A DNA stretch of 57,701 nucleotides from the NCBI GenBank assembly GCA_036389935.1, contig DASWCU010000056.1, forward strand, positions 1 through 57,701, in the 5' to 3' direction. The position numbers and the translations under genes are program-made. A model generated the notes under the pieces. It was not told the origin of the DNA. It made no database searches and was given only the letters and a program-made list of their open reading frames with translations. Position 1 is the stretch's first letter. Every line of letters starts with the position of its first letter. The stretch comes from Candidatus Limnocylindria bacterium. Lineage in GTDB: Bacteria > Chloroflexota > Limnocylindria > P2-11E. This document shows, one piece after another, positions 9,674 to 18,681 of this stretch.

Positions 9674-11591
9674 ACGGACCACGGGGGCGGCGGCTCCGAA
9701 CGCGGCCGAGCGCGACCCGACGCAGCTCACCCTCTCGCTCCCGTTCGGCCGGCCGGTCCGCGGCGCGAACGCGCTCGTCGCGCGCGACGACGGCAGCACG
9801 CTCGTCCCGTCGACGGACGCGGACTGGCAGGACTGGGTCGCGGCCGGCGCGACCGCGAGGTGGTGCCGAAATGACGCGCTCGTCGACTGGCTCGACCGCT
9901 ACGGCGCGGCCTGCGGTCACGTGCGCGACGATCGGCGCGCGGCGTACGACCCGCGATTCGACTTCCACGCGTTCCTCGCGGAGCAGGGCCTTCGCTTCGA
10001 GGAGGCGGTCATCGCCGACCTCGAGCGGCGGGTCGGCGTGACGCGGATCGCGACGGACCCGGCCGGAGCGCGCTCGCTCGCGGCGGCCGAGGCGACCGTC
10101 GCGGCCCTGGAGCGGGGCGAGCGCGTGATCGCGGGCGGGGTCCTTCGGGATCCGCAGGCCCGGAGCTACGGCCGCGTCGACCTGCTCGTCCGCTCCGACG
10201 TCCTGACGGAGCTGTGCGCCGACGCGTTCTGGGAGGGCGACGATCCGGGCGCGGTCGCGCCGGGCCTCTACGGTGCGGCGTGGCACTACCGCGTCGTGGA
10301 CGTGAAGTTCTCGACGCTCGAGCTGCTGAAGGACGGGTCGCTCTCGACCTCGAGCGACCTCGCGACGTGCGCGCAGGTCTGGACATACGATCGCGCGCTC
10401 GCCCGCGTGCAGGGATACGCGCCGCCGTTCGCCTACGTGCTCGGACGCGCCTGGCGCCAGGGCCAGGCGAAGGGCGAGGCCTGCTGGCAGCGGCTCGCGC
10501 GGGTGCCGCATGCGGCATTCGTGCGCTCGCGCGAGGCCGCGCTCGAGGACGTCGTGGCCGAGGGCGCGAAGTGGATCCGGCGGATGCGGCGCGAGGGCGC
10601 GGAGTGGCAGGTGCTTCCGGTCCCGAGCGTCGACGAGCTCTGGCCGAACATGAAGTCCGACCGCGACTTCCCGTGGCACGAGGCGAAGAAGGAGATCGCG
10701 GACAAGCTCGGCGAGCTCACGTTGTTCTGGCAGGTGAGCGCCCCGATGCGCGATCGGGCCCGGCTGCGAGGCGTCACGCGCTGGGACGATCCGCGCGTCT
10801 CGGCCGCGTTCCTCGGCATCAGCGGCGAGCGGCGGGCGCTCATGTTCGACGCGCTGCTCGACGTGAACCGCGGCGACGGGCCGCCGCTCGCGCCGGTCCG
10901 GATCGAGGCGGACGAGGGTCGCTGGCGCGTCCCGGCGCCTTTGGAGCTCTACGTCGACTTCGAGACGGTGAACGATCTCGACGACGATTTCACGTCATTC
11001 CCGCAGCGGGGCGGGAGCCCGCTCATCTTCCAGGTCGGCTGCGGGCGGTACGACGAGGGGCGGTGGGAGTTCGTCCAATTCACCGCTCGCGCGCTCACGG
11101 CCGAGGCCGAGGCGGAGATGATCGACGCGTGGCTGGCGCACGTCGACCGCCTCGCGCGGGCGGCCGGGCTCGCCGGCGCGAGCGAGCCGCGGCTGTTCCA
11201 CTGGTCGGCCGCCGAGACCGTGTTCATGGACGCGATGTACGACTCGGCGCGGGCGCGGCATCCGGACCGACCCTGGCCGGCGCTCGGCTGGTACGACCTG
11301 CTCGAGCGCATCGTCCACGCCGGGCCGGTCGTCGTCCGTGGCGCCCGGCGGTTCGGGCTGAAGTCCGTGGCGCGGGCGATGCGCGCGCACGGCCTCATCG
11401 AGACCGAATGGGGCGAGGGCCTCGCCGACGGCACCGGCGCCATGGCCGGTGCCTGGGCCGCGGCTCGCCTGGCCGCGGCGAACGGCGGGAACATCGCGGA
11501 GGTCGAGCTGATGCGCGAGGTCGGCCGCTACAACGAGATCGATTGCCGGGTCATGGCCGAGGTGCTCGACCACCTGCGTCGCGAGCACTGA
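9666..11591 (+). CDS. Two-nuclease fusion: N-terminal RecB-like PD-(D/E)xK domain plus C-terminal RNase H-fold DEDDy 3'-5' exonuclease-like domain (TM0106/YprB-like architecture)
   Basis: N-terminal half: GRVD172LLV ... VVD212VK214 ... Q237VWTY241 (D / DxK / QxxxY). C-terminal half: LYVD431FE433TV ... GLKSVARAM ... Y622NEID626. Start overlaps the HAD stop by 8 nt; 3' end overlaps the convergent LLM gene by 41 nt. Confidence 0.6.
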   Translation: MAERTTGAAAPNAAERDPTQLTLSLPFGRPVRGANALVARDDGSTLVPSTDADWQDWVAAGATARWCRNDALVDWLDRYGAACGHVRDDRRAAYDPRFDFHAFLAEQGLRFEEAVIADLERRVGVTRIATDPAGARSLAAAEATVAALERGERVIAGGVLRDPQARSYGRVDLLVRSDVLTELCADAFWEGDDPGAVAPGLYGAAWHYRVVDVKFSTLELLKDGSLSTSSDLATCAQVWTYDRALARVQGYAPPFAYVLGRAWRQGQAKGEACWQRLARVPHAAFVRSREAALEDVVAEGAKWIRRMRREGAEWQVLPVPSVDELWPNMKSDRDFPWHEAKKEIADKLGELTLFWQVSAPMRDRARLRGVTRWDDPRVSAAFLGISGERRALMFDALLDVNRGDGPPLAPVRIEADEGRWRVPAPLELYVDFETVNDLDDDFTSFPQRGGSPLIFQVGCGRYDEGRWEFVQFTARALTAEAEAEMIDAWLAHVDRLARAAGLAGASEPRLFHWSAAETVFMDAMYDSARARHPDRPWPALGWYDLLERIVHAGPVVVRGARRFGLKSVARAMRAHGLIETEWGEGLADGTGAMAGAWAAARLAAANGGNIAEVELMREVGRYNEIDCRVMAEVLDHLRREH

Positions 11592-12648
11592 AGCGAAGGT
11601 CCGCCACGAGCGGGAACACCTCGGCCGCGAATCGTTCCATCTCCTCCGCCTGCGGGCTGCACTGGATCAGCAGCAGATCGACGCCGGCGGCGTGGAGCGC
11701 GCGCGCCTGCTCGGCGACCCGCTCGGGCGTGCCGACGAGGCCGGTGCGGAGCCCGCGGTTCGACACGCTGTAGTCCTCGAGCGAGATCCGGGTCCCGAGC
11801 TCCGAGCCCTTCACGAAGTCGAGATACGAGGCGTACCCGCGCGCGCTCGCCTTCACGTTGGTGATGCGCTCGATCTCGCGCTTCGCCGCGGCTTCGCTCT
11901 CGCGGACGATCGCGTACGCGGCGACGCCGAAGCGGAGCGGCGGCAGCTCGGCGTGCCGCGCCCGCCGCTGGCGCAGGTCCCCGATCTTCTCCCGCAGCAC
12001 GTCGATCGGGTCGCCGTGCATGAGGTAGGCGTCGCACTGCGCGGCGATCAGGTCCTTCGCCGCGGGCGACTCACCACCTGCGTACAGCGTCGGCCAGGGG
12101 CGCCGGACCGGCTTCGGCGCGAGGCGGGCGTCGTCGATCGCGTAGTAGCGGCCGCGCAGGCTGAACGCGGGGCTCGTCCACATCCCCTTGAGGACCGCGA
12201 TGAACTCCGCCGTGCGCGCGTAGCGCTCGTCGTGCTCGACCCACGCGCCGCCGTACATCTTCGACTCGGTCTCCCACCAGGCGCTCACGACGTTGAGCGT
12301 GAACCGCCCGCCCGAGATGCGGTCGATCGTCGCGGCCTCTTTCGCGACGACCGCCGGCAGCCGGAAGTTCGGCCGCACCGCGGTCATGAGCTCGAGCGTG
12401 GACGTCGACGCGGCGAGCGCGGCGGCGGTCGTCCAGGCCTCGAGGCAGTCGGCGTCGGGACCCTTGATGTCGTTCAGGTTGAGCTCCGCGATGAGCGTGA
12501 CGTCCCAGCCGGTGCGCTCGGCGGAGCCTGCGAGGTCACGTTGGTACTCCCAGGTCGCGGCCATGCGTTCGTCGTCGACGTTGCGCAGCCAACCGCCGAA
12601 CACCGGCATCCAGAAGCCGAAGCGGAGCGGGCGCGCCCTCGCGGACAC
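11551..12648 (-). CDS. Luciferase-like (LLM) flavin-dependent monooxygenase, SfnG/dimethylsulfone-monooxygenase-like
   Basis: GTG 12648 start is downstream of the ATP-grasp stop; GTG 12726 is an alternative. LRFGFWMPVFGGW..., TIDRISGGRFTLNVVSAWW and WVEHDERYARTAEFIAVLKGMWT resemble the SfnG subgroup. Confidence 0.7.
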   Translation of the reverse strand: MSARARPLRFGFWMPVFGGWLRNVDDERMAATWEYQRDLAGSAERTGWDVTLIAELNLNDIKGPDADCLEAWTTAAALAASTSTLELMTAVRPNFRLPAVVAKEAATIDRISGGRFTLNVVSAWWETESKMYGGAWVEHDERYARTAEFIAVLKGMWTSPAFSLRGRYYAIDDARLAPKPVRRPWPTLYAGGESPAAKDLIAAQCDAYLMHGDPIDVLREKIGDLRQRRARHAELPPLRFGVAAYAIVRESEAAAKREIERITNVKASARGYASYLDFVKGSELGTRISLEDYSVSNRGLRTGLVGTPERVAEQARALHAAGVDLLLIQCSPQAEEMERFAAEVFPLVADLRFSARDAGGRAPRP

Positions 12649-12700
12649 CTGGTCGTCGGACCTCGCGGTCCTGTGGTCCGCTGCGCCTGCCGGCTTCGCC

Positions 12701-13825
12701 TTAGCAGGCACAGTAGTAGCGGCCACCCGGCCCTTCGTTCTCGATGAGCTGGGCGAACGGCCCGGGATCGGCCGGGTCCCACACGGCGAGGACCACGTCT
12801 CCGCTCGCCGGGAACAGCGGCCGCCGGCGGGCGAGGACCGCGTAGTCGCGCTCGTAGATCCAGCGCAGGCCGTAGCGCGGCGCGGGCGCCGGCGTGGCCT
12901 CGCCGATCGAGTCGGCGTACGCGAGCCACGGCAGGTCCGCACCGCTCGCGATCGGGAGGCCGATCCATTTCCAGACGCGGGGGTTCACGTCGATGAGCAG
13001 ATGCTCGCCGCGGGCCGGATCCCAGAGGAACTCGACCTCGGCGATCCCCTGATAGCCGAACGCCCGCAGCACCGCCGCCCCGCGCTCGACGATCTCGTCG
13101 ACCCGCTCGCCGGTGACGAGGCACGCCGTGCCGAAGCCCTCGGGATACTGCTCGAGCTTGCGGCCGACGAAGCCATGGACGGTCCCTGTCGGGCCGGCGT
13201 AGGCCCCGAGGCTGTGGAAGCCACCGGGCGGCACCGCGACGACCTCCTGGGCGACGCACGCGAGATCCCGCGCGTCCGCGGCGAACCGGACGAGCGCCTC
13301 CGCGTCGTCGGCCTGGAACACCTTCACGCCGAACCGATCGTAGAAGCGGCGCTGCTCGGCCGGCTTGACGACCGCGGGGTAGCGGATGCGCCGGGCGGTC
13401 GCGCTCGGGTCGTCAAGGGGATAGGTGGCGGGGATCGGGATGCCGAGCGCCGCACAGCGCGCGTACAAGGTGCGCTTGTCGAGGATCTCCTCGAGGGCCG
13501 GGCCCGCGCTGAACGGGATGCGGAAATGCGGCCGGAGGCGGTCGGCGTGTCGCGCGACCGCGAGCACCCACTCGTCGTTCGTCGGGAACAGGACCGGGCG
13601 GTCGCCCCACGCCGCGGCGTGGCCGACGAGCCATTCGACGAAGCCCGCCTCGTCGTCGAGCGGGTTGGGACACGGCAGGCGCTCGCGCACCGCGTTCGAT
13701 GCCTGGCCGAGGCCGCGGGGATCGGGGTCCAGCGCGATGACGGGCACGCCGCGCGCGGCGAGGCTCCGCGCGACCGCGAGACCGGTGATGTGGCAGTTGA
13801 AGACGAGGGCCGCGGGCCGCGGCAC
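12701..13825 (-). CDS. ATP-grasp carboxylate-amine ligase (COG3919 / D-aspartate-ligase-like)
   Basis: GTG 13825 lies 2 nt after the upstream TGA stop. Pre-ATP-grasp N-terminus NCHITGLAVARSLAARGVPV; ATP-grasp core YPAVVKP..., EVEFLWDPARGEHLLIDVNPR. The remaining 315 upstream codons of track ORF 12701..14770 are shadow. Confidence 0.75.
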   Translation of the reverse strand: MPRPAALVFNCHITGLAVARSLAARGVPVIALDPDPRGLGQASNAVRERLPCPNPLDDEAGFVEWLVGHAAAWGDRPVLFPTNDEWVLAVARHADRLRPHFRIPFSAGPALEEILDKRTLYARCAALGIPIPATYPLDDPSATARRIRYPAVVKPAEQRRFYDRFGVKVFQADDAEALVRFAADARDLACVAQEVVAVPPGGFHSLGAYAGPTGTVHGFVGRKLEQYPEGFGTACLVTGERVDEIVERGAAVLRAFGYQGIAEVEFLWDPARGEHLLIDVNPRVWKWIGLPIASGADLPWLAYADSIGEATPAPAPRYGLRWIYERDYAVLARRRPLFPASGDVVLAVWDPADPGPFAQLIENEGPGGRYYCAC

Positions 13826-13827
13826 GC

Positions 13828-15021
13828 TCAGACCCGGGCGAGCGCGGCGTCCAGATCGGCGACGATGTCGTACGGATCCTCGATGCCGACCGAGACGCGT
13901 ACGGTCCCATCGGTGATCCCCATCCGCTCGCGTTCGGCTGGCGCGACCATGCGATGCGACGACGTCGCCGGATGGAGGACCTCGGTGTAGAGGTCGCCGA
14001 CCGTCGTCGCGGACGCGGCCAGCTCGAGCGCGTCGAGGAACCGGTAGGCGGCATCGCGCGTGTCGTCGCGGAGCGCGAACGTGACGACGGCGCCGCACCG
14101 CTCGCCGAACTGGGCTCGCGCCAGCTCGTGCTGCGGATGCGACTCGAGACCCGGATGGATGACCCGAGCCACCTTCGGCTGCGCGGCGAGATGGGTCGCC
14201 AGGGCGAGCGCGTTGGCGCACTGCCGGCCCATGCGGAGCTCGAGGGTGCGCATCCCCCGGACGACGAGCCAGGCCTCGTGCGGTGGCAGGTACGCGCCGT
14301 CGCTCGTCACGCGGTCGCGCAGCGGCGAGATCTGCTCGCGCCGACCCCCCACGCTTCCGCCCATCACGTCGCCGTGCCCGTTGATGTACTTCGTCAGCGA
14401 GTGGAGCACGAGGTCCGCCCCGAGCCCCGCCGGGCGGAGGAGCGCGGGCGAGGCGAAGGTGGCGTCGACCGCGAGCCGGGCCCCGGCGCGATGGGCCAGC
14501 TCCGCGAGCGCCGCGACGTCGACGACCCGCAGGAGCGGGTTGGAGATCGCCTCGACGTAGAGGAGGGTCGTGTCGCGCTCCGCGAGCGCGCGCTGGACGC
14601 CGCGATGGTCGGTCGGATCGACGAAGGCGACGTCGGCGCCCTCCGCGCGAAGGCGTTCGAGGAGCGAGCGGGTCGAGCCGTAGGTGTCCTCCTGGGCGAC
14701 GATCCGTCCACGGCCCTCCCGCGCGATGTCGAGCAGCGCGGCGATCGCCGCCATGCCGGACACGAAGCACACGACCTCCTCGACCTCGTCGAGCGCCGCG
14801 AGCGCATGCTCCAGGGCGGCGGTCGTCGGCGTCCCGTAGCGGCCGTAGACCCAGCCCGGCCGCTCCTTGCCGAAGATCGCGTCCTGCTCGCGCATCGAGC
14901 CGTAGTCGAAGGCGACGCTCTGGACGAGCGGGAGGACGTTCGGGATCCCCGCGCCGGCGGGCAGCTCGCGCGCCGCGCGGACGACGCGACTCCCGAAGTG
15001 GATCCGCCGGGCCTCACCCAC
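13828..15021 (-). CDS. Cys/Met-metabolism PLP enzyme (methionine gamma-lyase / cystathionine gamma-synthase family), second paralogue
   Basis: Track ORF with HSLTKYINGHGD PLP-lysine motif, NPLLRVVD and the ATSSH motif near the C-terminus. Confidence 0.8.
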   Translation of the reverse strand: MGEARRIHFGSRVVRAARELPAGAGIPNVLPLVQSVAFDYGSMREQDAIFGKERPGWVYGRYGTPTTAALEHALAALDEVEEVVCFVSGMAAIAALLDIAREGRGRIVAQEDTYGSTRSLLERLRAEGADVAFVDPTDHRGVQRALAERDTTLLYVEAISNPLLRVVDVAALAELAHRAGARLAVDATFASPALLRPAGLGADLVLHSLTKYINGHGDVMGGSVGGRREQISPLRDRVTSDGAYLPPHEAWLVVRGMRTLELRMGRQCANALALATHLAAQPKVARVIHPGLESHPQHELARAQFGERCGAVVTFALRDDTRDAAYRFLDALELAASATTVGDLYTEVLHPATSSHRMVAPAERERMGITDGTVRVSVGIEDPYDIVADLDAALARV

Positions 15022-15033
15022 GAGGGGTGAGTA

Positions 15034-15360
15034 TCACTCCCGGGCGGGGCCTCCGGCGGGCTCCGCGTCGAGCCGCTTGGCGCGTTCGACGAGCGAGGCC
15101 ACCTTCTGCCCGCCTCGCCTGCCGATGCGCTCGAAGTGACCCGCGCCGTACTTCTCGCTCACGACCTTGCCGCCCTTGCGGCCGATCCGGCCGAAGAACT
15201 CAGGTCCGTAGCGCTCGGCCGTGCTCGAGCCGCCCTTCTTGCCGATCTTCTCGTAGAACTCGGCGCCGTACTTCTGGCTGACGAGCTTGCCGCCCATCCG
15301 GCCGGCCTCGGCGACGGTCATCCCGCCACCCGCCTTCTTCGTCTCACTCTTCGTCGCCAT
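15034..15360 (-). CDS. KGG-repeat general stress protein (YciG/GsiB-like)
   Basis: Three ~22-aa repeats (GGKLVSQKYGAEFYEKIGKKGG / SSTAERYGPEFFGRIGRKGG / KVVSEKYGAGHFERIGRRGG). AAGGAG RBS 8 nt upstream of the ATG. Confidence 0.8.
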   Translation of the reverse strand: MATKSETKKAGGGMTVAEAGRMGGKLVSQKYGAEFYEKIGKKGGSSTAERYGPEFFGRIGRKGGKVVSEKYGAGHFERIGRRGGQKVASLVERAKRLDAEPAGGPARE

Positions 15361-15508
15361 CCGGGCCGCTCCTTTCGCGCTGAGCGACGAACGGAGCGGC
15401 AGGTGTCGTGCCCAAAGACACGCGGCGTTAGGGCGGACCGTGACGGCTCGGTAACGGCGGCATGACGGAAGCGACCCGGCGGCCGCGCCTTTCAGGCGGC
15501 TGCGCCTG

Positions 15509-16702
15509 TCAGCGAAGTGGCTCGGCTTCGAGGTCGATCGGCTCCTCGCGCACGAGCGTCGTGACGATGACCGCGGACGTCGCGGCGACGCAGAGGCAGA
15601 AGAGGCCGACGTACGCGAACCCCGGCCCGTCGATGAGCCGTCCGCCGATGGCCGACCCGACGGTGATGGCCAGGCTCGCCACGGCGCTCGACATCGCGAG
15701 CATCGTGCCGCGTGCCTCGGGCACCTGCTCGGTCATGAGCGTGTTGTTCGTCGCGAAGCGCGCCCCGATGACGGTGGACAGCGCGAGGTTCAGCGCGGCC
15801 GTCACGACCAGCGGCAGGCTGAGGTTCGTCTGCAGGAACAGGAGCGCGCCGGAGGTGAGGATGCTCCCCGCCACGATGCGGCGGTGGCCGGTGCGGTCGC
15901 CGAGCCGGCCTCCGATCTGGCTCCCGAGTAGGACGCCGACACCCATCGTCAGCGCGAGGGTCGATGCGACCCCCTGCGCCAGTCCGAACGTGCGCTGGAA
16001 GAAGACGACCAGATACGTGACCCAGGTGAACCAGAACAGCGCGCCGAGGAAGCTGGAGACGATCGCGGCCATCGCCGAACGGTTGCGGAAGATGCTCGCG
16101 TAGAGCGACCGCATCGGCGCCGCCTCATTCGCCCCCCGCGCGCCGGGCAGCCCGAGGAAGAGCACGACCGCCGCGAGGATCGCGATGATCCCAACGAGCG
16201 CGACCGAGACGCGCCACGTCGTCGCCTCGGCGACGATCCCGGCGAGCGGCACACCGAGGATGCTGGCCATCGTGTTCATCCCCATGACCGTGGAGATCGC
16301 GGCGCCGCGTTCGCGGTACGGGAACGTGTCGGCGACCGTCGCGTTGATGTTCGGGAAGATCACGGCCGCGCCGGCACCCGCGACGACACGAGCGGCGATG
16401 ATGAGGGGGAACGACGGCGCGGCCGCGGCCGCGACCGTCGCGAGGCCCATCACCACGGGGCCACCGACGAGGAACGGCTTGCGCCCGATCCGATCGGAGA
16501 ACGGTCCCGCGATGAGGGCCACGACGACCCCGGGAGCCCCGTACGCCGCGACGACGAGCCCGACGACACCGGCGGAGCTCCCGAATTCCTCGGCGAGCTG
16601 TTCCAGCACCGGGGACATCACGAGGCCGTTGTAGACGGCGCCGAAGGCGAGGAAGCCCAGGACCAGCAGGATGGTCCGCCGGTCGCCCGGCTTCGATCTC
16701 AG
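15509..16702 (-). CDS. MFS transporter
   Basis: 12-TM-like profile with the GPFSDRIGRKP loop motif. 5' end unresolved. The track ATG 16936 would overlap the upstream peptidase by 238 nt. The only start keeping TM1 (TILLVLGFLAFGAV) is CTG 16702 in a C-TGA overlap. GTG 16621 / ATG 16618 would delete TM1. Confidence 0.65.
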   Translation of the reverse strand: MRSKPGDRRTILLVLGFLAFGAVYNGLVMSPVLEQLAEEFGSSAGVVGLVVAAYGAPGVVVALIAGPFSDRIGRKPFLVGGPVVMGLATVAAAAAPSFPLIIAARVVAGAGAAVIFPNINATVADTFPYRERGAAISTVMGMNTMASILGVPLAGIVAEATTWRVSVALVGIIAILAAVVLFLGLPGARGANEAAPMRSLYASIFRNRSAMAAIVSSFLGALFWFTWVTYLVVFFQRTFGLAQGVASTLALTMGVGVLLGSQIGGRLGDRTGHRRIVAGSILTSGALLFLQTNLSLPLVVTAALNLALSTVIGARFATNNTLMTEQVPEARGTMLAMSSAVASLAITVGSAIGGRLIDGPGFAYVGLFCLCVAATSAVIVTTLVREEPIDLEAEPLR

Positions 16703-18075
16703 CTTCGATCCAGTGGACGATCCGCGAACGCGTCGAGGAAGCGACCGAACGCGCGGATGTGATCGAGGTAGTCCGCGATCGCGATGTTCTCGTTCGGGGC
16801 GTGATTCGCCGAGGCGGCGTGGCCGGACCCGAAGCCCACCGCCGGGATCCCGAGCTGCCCGCAGACCTGGTCCATCGGCCCGGAGCCGGCCATGAGCGGG
16901 TACACGACCGGCTCGGTGCCGTACGCGGAGCGGCACGCGGCGATGGCCGCCCGGGCCGCGAGACTGTCGGCCGGCCAGCGTGAGGGCCGCTCCCCGTGAT
17001 GCGGCGTGATCTCGACGTCGCTGAATCCGCGCCGGTCGAGGTGGGCCCGCAGCAGCCGCCGCACGAGCTCAGGCGTGAGGTCGGGCACGAGCCGGAAGTC
17101 GACCTTCGCGCTCGCCACGGCGGGCAGGACCGTCTTCGAGCCCTCGCCCTGATACCCGGAGGTGAGTCCGCAGATCGTGCAGGTCGGAGCGAGGAGGTAG
17201 CGGAGCTTCAGCTCCGTGCCGGTCCGGCCACCCACGAACGAGGGGATCCCGTGGATCGCGCGCATCCGGCCCTCGTCGAACGGCAGACGCTCGAGAAGGG
17301 CGATGTCCGAGTCGCTCGGTGGCCGCACGTGCTCGGCCAGGCCGTCGAGGGTGACCTCGTCGTGCTCGTCCTTGAGGCTCGCGAGCGCCCACACCAGGCG
17401 CCAAGCCGCGTTCGGCACGATGCCGCCCACGGACGAGTGCGCATCGAGCTTCGTCGCGCGGACGCTGAGGTCGACGTAGCAGATGCCCTTCAGCCCGAGG
17501 CTCACGGTGGGCCGTCCGGCCGCGTCCTTGTAGCCGGCCTCCCAGACGCATCCGTCGGCGCGCAGCCGGTCGGCATTCGCGCGCACGAAGTCGGCCAGAT
17601 GCGCCGAGCCGATCTCCTCCTCTCCTTCGAACAGCACCCGGATCCGCAGCGGGAGCTCGCCGACGGTCGCGCGGTACGCCTCGACCGCCTGCAGCCGGGC
17701 CATGAGGTTGCCCTTGTTGTCGGAGGTCCCGCGGCCGAACAGGAAGCCGTCGCGGATGACGGGCTCGAACGGAGGGCTGATCCATTCGTCCAGCGGATCC
17801 GGCGGCTGGACGTCGTAGTGGTCGTACACGAGCAGTGTCCGTTCCCCCGAGCCCTGCTCGCCCACGATCGTCGGCGGCCCGCCCGGTGCGCGCTCGCTCG
17901 CCGCCGCGAACCCGGCGGCGCGCGCGCGGTCGATCACCAGGCGCGCGGTCTCGTCGATCCCGGTGTTCTGGGCGGATACGGACGGCTGGCGAATGAGCGT
18001 CTCGAGCTCCTCGAGATACCGACCTTCGTGCGACCGGACGTGCGCGTCGAAGGCGGAGAACGCATCAGGGGTCAC
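16699..18075 (-). CDS. M20-family metallopeptidase/dipeptidase
   Basis: LLVYDHYDVQPPDP...GRGTSDNKGN...EGEEEIGS motifs. Confidence 0.85.
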   Translation of the reverse strand: MTPDAFSAFDAHVRSHEGRYLEELETLIRQPSVSAQNTGIDETARLVIDRARAAGFAAASERAPGGPPTIVGEQGSGERTLLVYDHYDVQPPDPLDEWISPPFEPVIRDGFLFGRGTSDNKGNLMARLQAVEAYRATVGELPLRIRVLFEGEEEIGSAHLADFVRANADRLRADGCVWEAGYKDAAGRPTVSLGLKGICYVDLSVRATKLDAHSSVGGIVPNAAWRLVWALASLKDEHDEVTLDGLAEHVRPPSDSDIALLERLPFDEGRMRAIHGIPSFVGGRTGTELKLRYLLAPTCTICGLTSGYQGEGSKTVLPAVASAKVDFRLVPDLTPELVRRLLRAHLDRRGFSDVEITPHHGERPSRWPADSLAARAAIAACRSAYGTEPVVYPLMAGSGPMDQVCGQLGIPAVGFGSGHAASANHAPNENIAIADYLDHIRAFGRFLDAFADRPLDRS

Positions 18076-18090
18076 GCCGCGACCATAGCC

Positions 18091-18381
18091 CTAATCGGGA
18101 ACGGTCGTGAGGCGCGTCTTGCTCTTCCCGAGCGCGCAACGCGGCGAGTACGGGGTGACCTCGATCCACCGTTGCTCGCAGAGATAATGCACGAGACCGT
18201 CGGCATCCTCGAGCGTCTCACGCTTGTACACCTTGGCGCGCGGGATCATGTGCACGCAGTCACCGCAGTTGTCGGGCAGCGCCGGGCGCGGGCGCCGCGC
18301 TCGGCGCAGGGCGACGAGGGCGAGGAAGACCGCCGCGAGCATCGCGGCGGTGACGAGCACGACGACGATCAGGAGACCCAT
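18091..18381 (-). CDS. Small membrane-anchored 4-Cys protein, function unknown
   Basis: N-terminal TM helix (LLIVVVLVTAAMLAAVFLALVAL), followed by RRARRPRP and a CGDC...C...C domain. No recognised family. Confidence 0.45.
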   Translation of the reverse strand: MGLLIVVVLVTAAMLAAVFLALVALRRARRPRPALPDNCGDCVHMIPRAKVYKRETLEDADGLVHYLCEQRWIEVTPYSPRCALGKSKTRLTTVPD

Positions 18382-18427
18382 ATCCGTTCGGCCGCTCCGT
18401 CCGTACCCACCGTATCAGGAGGTCGCC

Positions 18428-18628
18428 ATGAAGCGAACGATGGTCCCGCTGCTCATCCTCGCCGCGGCCGTGATCGGCGCATCGGCATGCGGCGGCGCGG
18501 GCGGAGGCGGCACGAGCCCCGCACCCACCGCGAGGCCCTCGGGTAGCACACCCTCCGGCTATGGCAGCGAGCCCACTCCGACGCCCTCGAAGAGCCCGTA
18601 CCAGCAAGGAGGTTACGAGGGCTACTAG
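18428..18628 (+). CDS. Small Pro/Ser/Gly-rich secreted lipoprotein, function unknown
   Basis: Internal ATG of track ORF 18224..18628, preceded by AGGAGG (18416..18421). MKRTMVPLLILAAAVIGASAC lipobox-like signal. Confidence 0.5.
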   Translation: MKRTMVPLLILAAAVIGASACGGAGGGGTSPAPTARPSGSTPSGYGSEPTPTPSKSPYQQGGYEGY

Positions 18629-18681
18629 CCAGCGCTATCCACGCGGCCGGCCTGGTTGCTACCGAATTTAGATGCAGCCGG

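Noticed and set aside
15034-15360. KGG-repeat protein as a graspetide/RiPP precursor for the nearby ATP-grasp
   Set aside because: The repeats match the widespread KGG stress-protein motif. The ATP-grasp resembles COG3919/D-aspartate-ligase-type enzymes rather than the macrolactone-forming RiPP type. No leader/core organisation is visible.
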